From Chiloscyllium plagiosum (Eukaryota): a DNA stretch of 64,000 bases. Below, in pieces: positions 52,770 through 64,000 of the stretch. How positions within the stretch are numbered: the first letter of the stretch is position 1; the number at the start of each line of letters is the position of its first letter. Below the pieces are notes generated by a model that saw only the letters and a program-made list of their open reading frames with translations, did not search any database and was not told the origin of the DNA. A program made the position numbers and the translations under genes. The DNA lies in assembly GCF_004010195.1 (NCBI RefSeq), contig NC_057745.1, positions 17,747,145 through 17,811,144 on the forward strand. The letters run 5' to 3'.

Positions 52770-52885
52770 TTTGGGACACAGTGCTCATGTCTGTGCCTCT
52801 GGACAGATAGACCCTGGGTTAAGTCCTGCCATCCCTGAAGGTGTGTCATAAGAGGTCCAAACAGGTTGATTAAAAATAATCTATC
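52770..52885 (+). mobile_element. Short tRNA-like SINE (minus copies at ~60270-60365/61982-62006 and 62025-62122)
   Basis: tgcctctggacaga...ctgggttaagtcc...ggtgtgtcataa...aggttgatta; the minus copies share cagaggtagggacacta. Confidence 0.55.
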
Positions 52886-54022
52886 CATAAATCCTGCATT
52901 TTAAACTGTTTGCACATCAGTAAAATGCCACTTTAAAGAAAATCTAGACCTTTCACCATTTCAATTCATTTTCTGTCCCTGTTTCAATTTAATTTTGATC
53001 CATTTTCCATGCAAGGAAGGTCGACATGAATCTTCATCCACTCCATTCCCCTGTCAACCGTACAGTCTTAAATCATATTGACCTTGAGCATAGGTCAGAT
53101 CTAAAACTAGTTAAAATTCCAGAATCACGTACTTGAGGATTGGAAATAATTCATCTGTTTGAATGTTATTTTTACAGACATATAAATGCATTAAGCTCTC
53201 ATCCATTGTTATTGTTGGTCTGATAAATATAACAAAGATTGGTCTTGGACTTTATAATGTGACCACAAGACACTCTTCAAAATGTTATTAGTTCAGTATA
53301 CATTCTGGTTTTAAAACAAACTGTGACAGGTCTTTTTTGGAACTAGTGTTCAACATCAACTTTTTAATTCGTCACACTTCAATGTTTTCACTTCCAGAAA
53401 ATATATTAACTTTGTCGTCATAATTTCTCAATTAAACAAAGACAATTTTCATCATTTAAGGAATAACTTGTTGCCCAGTGTTATATCTGCCTTTGACACC
53501 TATCAACAATAACTTGCTGTATATTAATTATAAATGATGAATTTTCTCTGTTTTAATTCACATTTACAAAGACCAATTAATTTTTGAATACAACCAACAG
53601 TATTGGTCAAAGGGCTTCCATTCAAATTATAAGTATTCTCCGGACTGTTTCACTGTATTGGCAAGTCAAAAAATTTTCTTCAAGATGTAATTAACAAAAA
53701 CCAACTTTTAATTTGCATTATGTTACAAAAGAAAATCATATATAGTACAGAATTTTTGACTGTTTGGCCAAAAAAACAGCTAGATTGTAATTGTATTAGA
53801 ATCAGCACCAGTGTGCTTCACCTTGATGAGCAGAAAATGTGCAAATGTACTTTTGAAATTGAAACTTAGCAGAGGCTGTTAGCCAGCAATTATAATTTGT
53901 AGTACTACTGTGTTTTAGTGAGTACTGTTACTATTCAATGTCCTTTATTTCAGTTCATCTGCAATCATTTCTCTTCAGCCTGAATGAGCTCATCAGTTAA
54001 TATGTAATTTTCATTCCCCCAG

Positions 54023-54109
54023 GAAGAATACGTGCAGGAGGGAATCAAGTGGACTGCAATCGACTATTTCAATAATAAAGTAGTCTGTGACCTCATAGAG
54101 AACAAAGTT
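54023..54109 (+). CDS. MYO1E: MYO1E exon (~exon 13) [29 protein letters not shown]
   Basis: cag|GAA...GTT|gtaagt, 87 nt. Confidence 0.95.
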
Positions 54110-54489
54110 GTAAGTATCAGAACTGGTTCTTCTATATACTTAGAACAAAGTTCAAATATATGAAATTGTATCTTGTTTCATATTTCATTATTCATCAGCT
54201 GTTTATTGAAAAAGAATTCATGCTTCTCCCCTCAATTGATCATTGGTTTTACTTAGAAGTATTCTCATAAAAATGTTTCCTTTAATCTATTATAAATCTC
54301 TTGGCCTTTTCTAATTATTTAAACTTTCTGATTTGTTTTTGGCATCTGTTGGCTAATATTAGACTCCAGTAACCATATGGCCATTGCTGTGATCACCCCT
54401 GTTCTTCAGTGTTCTATGCTGTGATTCTTCTGTTGAAATTTGCAATTGGTCTGTGATAGCCACTTGTCTACAGCATAGGAGGAATGTTT

Positions 54490-56375
54490 ATTTATTCACT
54501 CGTAGGATGTAGAGATCACTGACTGGGTAACAATTATTGCCTGTCCCTAGTAATGCTTGGGAAGGTAATGGTGAGCTACCTTCTCAAACCACTGCAGTAG
54601 GTTGACCCACAATCCCCAGAGGGAAGGAATTCTAGGATTTTAATCCAATGACAGTGAAGGAATGGCTATGTATTTCTAAGCCAGGATGTTGAGTTGCTTG
54701 CTGGTGATAGTGTTCACATGTATCTCCTGCCCCATCCTTCTGGATGGAACTGGTCATAGCTTGGAAGGTGCTATGTAAGGATATTTAGTGAATTTATGCA
54801 ATGCATTTTGCAGATCGTACAAACTTGTGCTCCTTTGCATCAGTGACGGAGAGAGTGGGTGGTGGTGGAGAGAGTGTGTATTTGTAGATGTGAAGCCACT
54901 TTAAGGGGGTTGCTTTGGCCTAGAGCTGCTTGAGAATTGTTGGAGCTGCACCCATCCAAAAGGTGGGGAATATTCCATCACACGCCTGACTTGTGTTTTG
55001 TAGATGGTGGGCAGGCTTTGGGAAGTTATTCACCACAGTATTCCTAGGCTTTGATCTGCTTTCACAGCCACTGTGTTTACACAGCGAGTCCAGTTGAGTT
55101 TCTGGTAGCCCCCATGATGTTGATAGTCGGGGATTCAGTGATGGTAACACCATTGAATGTCAAGGTGTTTGATTGTCTCTAATTGAAGATGGTCATTGCC
55201 CGGCATTTGTGCGGCACAAGTATACTTGCCACTTGTCAGCCTAAGCCTGGATATTGTTCAAATCTTGTTTGACCACATCTGCTTCAGTGCCTGAGGAGTC
55301 ACAAATCGTGCTGAACATTGTGCAATCATCAGCGAACATCGCTACTTCTGACCTTATGATGGAGCAAAGATCATTGATGAAGCAGCTGAAGATTGTCGGG
55401 CCTAGGACGCTACCCTGAGCAACTCCTGCAGAGATGTCTTGGAGCTGAGATGATTGACCTCCAACAACCACAACCGTCTTCCTATGTGCCAGGCATAACT
55501 CCAACCAATGGATAATTTACCCCCGATATATATTGATTCCAGTTTTGCTCGGGCTTCTTTATGCCACATTAGGCCAAATGCGGCCATAATGTCAAGGGCA
55601 ATCATTCTCACCTCACCCCTGGAATTCAGCTCTTTTGTCCATGTTTGAACCCAAGGCTGTAATGAAGTCAGGAGCTGATTGGCCCTCGTGGAACCAAAAA
55701 TTGGCATCACTGAGCAAGTTATTGCTGAGTAGGTGCTGCTTGACAGCACTTTTGATGACATCTTCCATCACTGTACTGATGATTGGCTGTAGAGTGGTGG
55801 AGCAGTAATTGGCTGGGTTGAATTTATCCTGCTTTTTGTGTACAGGACAAACAAGGGCTATTGCCAGTGATGTAACTGTAATGGAACAGCTTGGGTAGAG
55901 ATGCATCAAGTTCTGTTTGGCATGCATGTAGTCCTATTTGGTGGTTTCATCAGGTTGACACTCATTTTTAGTATGCTTTCCTGCACTCTCCTTTGAACCA
56001 TGGTTGAGTGGGTAATCCGCTGGCCATGAGGTTGCAGTTCATGGTGGCCCACAGTGCCTCATAGATGCCCAGTCTTGAGTTGCTAGATCCTTTCAAAGTC
56101 TGTCCTATTTTTCACGGTGTTGGTGCCATTCTGCATGGTGGAGGGTGTTCTCAATGTGAAGGGAAAACTTCATGTCTACAAGGACTGTGCAATGGTCACT
56201 TTTACTGATACTGTCATGGACAGGTGCATCTGCAGCTGACAGATTAAATAAAGTCAAGTATATTTTTCCCTCTTGTTAGTTCCCTCAGTGCCTGATGCAG
56301 ACCCGGGCTAGCAGTGATGTCTTTAGGACCTGACCAGCTCCATCAGTAGTACTGCTACTGAATCACTCTTGGTGG
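54490..56375 (-). mobile_element. Second CR1/L2-superclade LINE family fragment
   Basis: PVHKKQDKFNPANYC, ALDIMAAF, AGVAQGSVLGPTIFSCFINDL, MFADDCTMF. Confidence 0.88.
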
Positions 56376-56980
56376 TAAATGATAAATGTGTTGAAGCATT
56401 TCTGATTTATTATTTTCTTCTTGGACTACAGATTTAATCTTTCAAAGATAAATTACAAGGATTATAAACAGAGTGTCTTATGAATGACATTTGCCTATAT
56501 ATGTATTAACAGCAGGTAAGCAAGGGAATCGTAGATACTGTATGTATGAATTTACAATGTCATGTGTAATATCTTTCTCTAATCAACAAAGATCAATTAT
56601 TTAATCTGAATCTTTAGCATACGACATGATATATTAAATATATATTTTCTTTCTAATTACTACTTACCCTAGGCAGAAATTCTTACTCGAACAGTCAATA
56701 AAGTGGTAGTAATTATGGGCTTTAATATTTTCAATCTTTCCCTTTGGGTAGTTAAAATGGACAAACTCTTTTATGGAGATGATCATTTGTTATGCAAGCT
56801 GTTGTTAATAGTTTCATAGATTTCTTGATAATCTTAGTGTTGGTTTGATTTTTAGGAAGACAAGGTATTCTTTGAGAAGGGTCAGTTAACTAAGTTTGCT
56901 GATAGTTTGTGTTTTAGAATGATGGTAACAGCATGAAGTTTGACTCCTCTTTAGGTTGAGCCAGTCTTGAAGCTTAGCTC

Positions 56981-57101
56981 AAAGAGAGAGAAAATGCTGG
57001 AAAATCTCAGCAGGTCTGGCAGCATCTGTAAGGAGAGAAAAGAGCTGACGTTTTGAGTCTAACTGACCCTTTGTCAAAGCATCCGCAGTAATTTGCTTTT
57101 A
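56981..57101 (-). mobile_element. Penelope pLTR insert with U3-A8 hammerhead variant
   Basis: Perfect 14-bp TSD ttgaagcttagctc at 56967-56980 and 57102-57115; short inverted 3' piece 57078-57101. Confidence 0.85.
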
Positions 57102-57744
57102 TTGAAGCTTAGCTCCTTGCCCTGCCTGTGGTAAACTTGCAGCACAAATTGTAATTAGCAACCCTCAGATAATCAAGGTTGCTATCTGAAGAAGCTGGAT
57201 AACCATGTGGGCCAATTATTATTATGTTGAATGAATTAAAATATATTCATATGAAGAGCAAATCATATAAAATGATGAGTTCAGAGTGATGACAAACAGG
57301 AAAGTAATAAACTTTACAATACATTATGAAACCTGGCTTAGGAAGACGATAAGTGGAGATCAAATCTGCAAGGTGCTGGGTGCTTGAGGAAGTGAACAGA
57401 AAGTGGTGAGGTGGCATGGTTTATCACTGGAGATTGGCACAAAGCCCATTTTAATGAATGTGACAGATAGAAAAGGGATAAAACTAATGATAGGAATATG
57501 TTCAAAGGTCATCACCATAACAACGGAGGTGGATTACTGCTATCAGATGTCAAAACAATTCATATTAAGGCCTCTTTTTTATCATGGAATGGGGACCAAA
57601 TAAGGAAAGCCAGGAAAATCAAATGAAGGTCAAGAAGATTCTGTTAGAAGTAAAGATAAATATTATGCAAATTTAAAAGCTGATAAAGAGTTGTGTATCA
57701 GGAAACAGAGCAATGCTGAAAAAATGGCAATACATTTTCCAAAT

Positions 57745-58783
57745 CAGGGCAGTGAGTGGGAGGGGAATTTGCAGTGATGGTATTCCCATGTTTTGCTGCC
57801 CTGGTCCTTCTAGATGGTGGTGATCATGGGTATGGAAGGTGCTGTCTAAGGATCTTTGGTGTATTTCTGCAGTGTATCCTATAGATGGTACACACTGTTA
57901 CTACTGAGCATCAGTATTGGAGTGAATGAATGTTTATGGATGTGGTTCTAATCAAACAGTCTATATTTTCTTGGATGGTGTTAAGCACCTTGACTGTTGG
58001 TGGAGCGGCACCCATCCAGTATAGTGTGGAGCATTCTACCACATTCCTGACTTGTGCCTTGTAGATGATGGACAGACTTTGGGCTATCTGGAGATGAGTT
58101 ACTCACTGCAATATTCCTCACCTCTGACCTGCTTTTGTAGCCACCATATTTATATGACTCGTCCAGTTGAGGTTCTGGACAATAGTAACCCTCAGGATGT
58201 TGATAGTGGGGGATCAGTGATGATAACACTATTGAATATCAAGGAGTATTGATTAGATTGTCTCTTATTGGACATGGTCATTGTCCAGCGTTTATGTGGT
58301 GCAAATGTGGTGCAACTTGTCAGCCCAAGCCTGGATATTATCCACATCTAGTTGCCCTTGAACATGGACTGTTTCAGGATCTAAGGAGTCACGAATAGTG
58401 CTGAATATTGTTAAATGGTCACGAATGGTGGTTAACGTCCCCATTTCTGACCTTATGATGGAGCAAAGGATGTTGAAGCAGCAGATGATGGTTGGGCTCA
58501 GGACATTACCCTGAGGAACTCCTGCAGAGATGTCTTATGGCTGAGATAAATGACCTCCAATAACCACAGCTGTCTTCCTATGTGCCAGATATGTCTCCAA
58601 CCAGCTGACAGTTATTTCTTCTGATTCTCATTAATTCCAATTTTGCTCGGGTTTCTTGATGCCACACTTGAATCAAATGCAGTCTTCATATCAAGGACAT
58701 TTACTCTCACCTCCCCTCTCCATTTCAGCTCTTTTATCCATGTTTGAAACACGATTGTGATGAGTGCAGGAGCTGAGTGGCCC
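57745..58783 (-). mobile_element. Second CR1/L2-superclade LINE family fragment
   Basis: Colinear with 54690-55690. Confidence 0.85.
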
Positions 58784-59176
58784 ATATGTCAACTGTCTTT
58801 AGAGATGAAGCCCATTCTAGTCCTTACATTATAGACCTGTGCTTCCTCTCAATTGTGGTGAAGTACTCGAGTTTCTGATGAGGAATAGCATAAGGGATCA
58901 TCTGGAAGGCCAGGTACAGATCGGAGAGAGCCAGACTACTCTTAGAACATAATGAATTTGGAGAGATTTGATGTCCTGTTGGGTACATGGTTCAAAACCT
59001 ACAGGGCACCATTCACACCATAACATCAAATGAAAGTAAGACATTTTGACAATCTTTTTAGTAAAAGGTGGTGGAATTATGAAGCACACGCAAATAAAAA
59101 TGCTTTGGCAGGTTTTGAAAAAAGACTGTTAATTTCTGCTAGGAACAATGATAAAATTCAAGTTCTTATGGAATAA

Positions 59177-59551
<375 letters not shown>

Positions 59552-60365
59552 TGACTTGAATTATTAACATCATACTGGTGTCAAGACATTGTGAATCCTA
59601 GTAAAGGCCTAAGACCATCGGATCAGGACCCTCCATAAAAAAGAAAACTGAGGTGAAACAAGAAGTGGTGGTTAGGTGAAAGTAGAAACTGTTGCCTAAT
59701 CCTCAATGATATATCATTAAAACTAGGTTGAGACAGTCCAAACACTGCTCCAGTGTCCATGACAGACATTATTCAGGTTTACAAACTCATTCCCATCATT
59801 GTTCTTTTATATGCAGTGGATCGTATCTATGTGCAGGCATCTTCTCTCTCTTTCTTCAAACTAGAATATTCTGAAGGGGAGCAGACCTATCACTGAAGAA
59901 GTCGACAGTGGTACATTGATAAAACCTTGCATGATCATCAATATGCAAACTACACAAAAACTGACATTTACAAGGAAGTTTCAGACACTCGCATTCTTCA
60001 GGGAAGTTCCAGTCTATAGCAGCATGAATGGCTAAGCAATGTGTGCAATTTACTATAAAATTCTGTTTTCCTAACAACCTGCTGTTCTCAGAATCCAAAA
60101 CTGCTGAACTTTCTACCTCCCAGAGTGGTCATCACCTCCCACCCACAGGTTTTTAAAACCCCAGTTTGTCATGATTTAGTGATTACTATCTTCTTTACTT
60201 CTTGCTCTGAATATTTAATTCCTTATCAATCCTACCTTGCTTTGCAAACAGGCCTTACCACTTTTACATATTTTCTTAATCAACCCATTATAGAAATATA
60301 ATTATACACCTCTGTGTGTGGGACTTGAATCCAGTCCTTCTGAATCAGAGGTAGGGACACTAACA

Positions 60366-61981
60366 TGGTTAGTGGTTGGGGAACATTCAGACTTCATCAG
60401 CACACAGTCTTCTACTAATGAAGTCAGTGACGGTAATGACACACCCGCTTAGGTTGGCCACTGAAGTCTTGAATATGGACCAGTTCACACCGACTCTAAG
60501 CCGTCCTGTAGAAGCCCTTCCCCATTTCGGTACTGGGTCCCTCACGCTTCAAGTTCTGCTTGTAAGCCAGGAGGAGGAGCACAGCGTTTTGATCTGATTT
60601 TCCAAATTGCAGATGGAGAATGGAGTGGTAGGCATCTTTGATGGTTGTATGGCAATGGCCAAGGATGTTTGGACCTCTGGTGGGATGTAATTTTGAAGTG
60701 CTTTGAGAGGTTAGTCATGGCTCACATCGACTCCACCCTCCTAGAATGCCTTGATCCTTTGCAATTTGCCTATCATTGCAGCAGCAAACACCATCTCCCT
60801 GGCCCTACGCTCATCCCTGTAACATCTGGATGACAATGATACCCTATGTCAGGCTTCTACTTGTTGACTACAGCTCTGCCTTTAGCACCATAATTCCAAA
60901 CAAACTAATTTCTAAACTCTGAGGACTAGGCCTCAGCTTCCCTCTTTGTAACTGGATCTTCAACTTCCTGACCCGTAGACCGCAATCAGTAAGGGTAGGT
61001 GATAACCCCTCCTCCACAATCATCCTCAACACCGGTACCTCGCAAGGCTGTGTACTCAGCCCCCTACTGTACTCCTTAAACACTCACGACTGTGTGGCCA
61101 AATTCTGCCCCAACTTCATTTACAAGTTTGCTGACAATATCATTATTGTAGGTCGGATCTCAAACAACGATGAGCCAGAGTACAGGAAAGAGATTGAGTG
61201 CTTAGCGGCATGGTGGAAAGACACCAATCTCTCCATCAACATCAGCAACATGGAGGAGCTGGTCATTGACTTAGAAGTAGAGTGGATGGCATGCCCTATC
61301 TGCATCAATAATGCAGAGGTAGAAATGGTTGACAGCGCTGAAGTTCCTGGAAGTGATGATCACCAAACATCTGTGCTAGTCCACCCACATTGGCGCGATG
61401 GTCAAAAAAGGACAACAATGCTTCTGCTTCCTCAGGAGGCTACAGAAATTCAGCATATCCGCAAAGTCTGTTACACCAATTTTTATAGATATATTGTAGA
61501 AGCATCTATCTGGATGCAAAACAGCGTGGATTTGACAATGCTCTTCCCAAGACCACAAAAACCTATAGAGAGTCATGAACACAGCCCATTCCATCATGCA
61601 AACCAGTTTCCCATTTATTGACTCCATCTACACTTCCTGCTGCCTCAGGAAAGCAACCAACATTATCACAGCCCCCTCCCAGCCCAGTTACACTCTCTTC
61701 GACCCTCTTCCTTGGACAGAAGATATAAAAGTTTGAATTTGCTTACAAACAGAATCAAGAACAGTTTCTTCCCTGCTGTCATCTGACTTTTGAACACACC
61801 TCTTAAATATTAATATTGATTTCTCTCTCTGCACCTCCTCTGTAGCTGTAATACTGTTTTCTGCACTCAGTTCTGCTATCCTGATGCATTTTGTATGGTA
61901 TAACCTGTCTGTAGAGCACGCAAACAAAACACTTTTCACTCTATCTCAGTGCATGTGACGATAAATCAAAGTCAGACTCAA
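60366..61981 (+). mobile_element. Rex1/Babar LINE with 5' inversion
   Basis: + part (60688 onward): [37 protein letters not shown]; minus part 60366-60685: PTRGPNIL.HC...FGKSD (endonuclease end); TSD actaaca at 60359-60365 and 61982-61988. Confidence 0.85.
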
Positions 61982-62279
61982 ACTAACACTGTGCCACAGT
62001 AGCCCTGATCCATTACAACATGCAGATATTATCTTAATGAATCCATAATAGAGATATTATTACACACCTCTTGCCTTCTGGTCCAGAGGTAGGGACACTA
62101 CCATTGCACTATAAGACCCCTTGTCTTACCACTTGCGTTGTAAATTATAAAGCAAAATATACCTGAAATTGCTATTCCTAACTGTCTCTTATATTGCATC
62201 TTATTTATTAGAATCTTTCCTGTCAGTGGTTTATGCAGTAAGTGGTTATTGACCTGTTGGGGTGTAGTCACTGGCTAGT

Positions 62280-62990
62280 GAATGTATAAACACAGTCAAT
62301 AAATACCAAGGGAAATTCTTAAAATTGTTGAAGGAGAATTATGAATTCTTTGGGAGATTTCCAGACCATTGTGTATCAGCAGACAGACAAATGGAAAGGC
62401 TGCTTGTTAATGCAGCCTGATCCCGATAATCATCAAACACTCTTTGTGAAGAAATTTCCATTTGGATCACGCAGATTAGAAGCAGCCAATCTCATCTCTC
62501 ATTTAGTCAGCGGTTCCTGTCTAAACAAAAACAGGAAACTGTTTCTAGCTAAAGCTCAACAGTTCAGTGTGTAGTGCACAGTCCATAGGTAGAAAAGAGC
62601 TTCATTTGAATGGGCTGGACACTGTGTACTGATGGACGAAAAGAGTTTCCTCTCCAGGTCCCGTTTTCTCAACTTTCAAATGGTCAGCGTTCCAGGGGAG
62701 GGCAAAGAAAACACTTCAAAGACACTCTTATCTTTTCCTTTAAATGCAGCAACGTTAATATTAATGAAATGGAAGGAGCTTACACCCAATTGTTCAAAAT
62801 AGCAATAATTTGTCCATCTCATTTTGAGCCCATTTTGTCATAATGTTGAGACATTATCAGACAAGGAAAGAACAGGAACCAAATGTACATCATGAATCCC
62901 TGTACCTAATGGACTTCGTGTCCCATAACCCGAAGAGATTCATGGATTAGGAACAGGCCTGTTCAGTTACATGAAACTTGCACCCCTCAG
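62280..62990 (+). mobile_element. Old RTE-clade LINE fragments
   Basis: WAGHCV, SQLSNGQRSRGGQRKHFKDTL, GLFSYM-like terminus. Confidence 0.65.
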
Positions 62991-63244
62991 TTAATGTAAT
63001 CCTTGATTTGAGGGACACCTGATGACAGCTGGCAGATTTTTTAAGATCGCCAAACATTTTCAGACTTCACTGTCTACAGAAACAATCCAGATCCTCAGTC
63101 CTAGTTCATTGGCATCTTCATCTAGCCTCCTTTAACTTTCCTTTCACCATTTGACTATCAGTGTGTTCAGTGGGACAACTTAATGCTGCAAGTATAATTT
63201 ATAGACCAATGCATTAAACCTGTTTTAGATATTGTTTTTGTTTA

Positions 63245-63865
63245 CCAGCGAAGTGGGTGTTGCTGACCAGGCTAGTATTTATTACCGATCCCTAAATACG
63301 TTTGAAAAGATGATGGTGACCTGCTTTGTTGAACTATTGCAGTCCATATGGTGCAGGTATAGTGCTTTTAAGAAGGGAGGTCCAGGAGTTTGACCCCATG
63401 ACAGCAAAAGAATGTCTGTATAATGCTAAGTCAGGATGGAGTGTGATGGAATACTCCGCACTTGCCTGGATGAGCGAGTTCCAACACCATCAAGAAGTTT
63501 GACAGCATCCAGAACAAAGCTTGACTGGAACCACTCCTAGAAATATTCACTCCCTCCACCACTGATGTCCAGTGGCAGCAGTGTATATCATCTACAAAAT
63601 GCACTGCAGAAATTCACTGAGGTTTCTTTGACAGCTCCTTCCAAATCCACAAGTGCTTCCATCTAGAAGGACAAGGGCAGCAGATGCATGAAAACCATTA
63701 CTACCTGTAAGTTCCCCTCCAAGCCACTCACCATCCTGACTTTGAAATATGTCACTGTTCCTTCAGTGTCTCTGGGTCAAAATCCTGGAACGCTCTCCCT
63801 AATGGCATTGTGGGCTTACCTAAAACACATGGACCACTGCGATTCAAGAAGGCAGCACCTCCTTT
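63245..63865. mobile_element. Second-family LINE 3' ends joined in inverted orientation
   Basis: Minus piece 63245-63447; plus piece 63440-63865 (TTCKFPSKPLTILT). Confidence 0.75.
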
Positions 63866-64000
63866 GCAGGGGCACGTACTTAGTGGCAATTACCTTTTCA
63901 ATCTCACAGATCCATATAAAGTATGCACCCCAGGTACTTCCTTTGTATCTGGCTTAGATGCCATCAGCACAAGTGTGGAAACTGAGGCAGAATTATTAGA

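Overview
Eukaryotic, repeat-rich vertebrate DNA, most likely from an elasmobranch (shark), inferred from HE1-type V-SINEs, DeuSINE-like remnants and abundant CR1/Penelope. The only host gene is an internal part of MYO1E (class I long-tailed myosin) on the + strand. Twelve AG/GT-bounded motor-domain exons (equivalent to human exons 3-14, 9870-59491) splice into one open frame, and the gene starts and ends outside the window. The acceptor of the first exon looks U12 (minor spliceosome) type. The introns hold CR1, a second CR1/L2-superclade LINE, Rex/Babar, RTE, Penelope-like elements, tRNA SINEs and MITEs, often nested. The most striking signal is a dispersed set of at least 12 minimal hammerhead-ribozyme motifs (CUGANGA-A-stem II-GAAA-palindrome-NUH) in several sequence-divergent but structurally covarying variants. 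They sit on short TSD-flanked, often fold-back, Penelope pseudo-LTR inserts. These include a tandem pair with double-hammerhead geometry, a U3-A8 compensatory core variant, and a nested Penelope insertion that appears to have carried about 2.2 kb of foreign DNA. Repeat boundaries were estimated by eye and are approximate unless a TSD is given.
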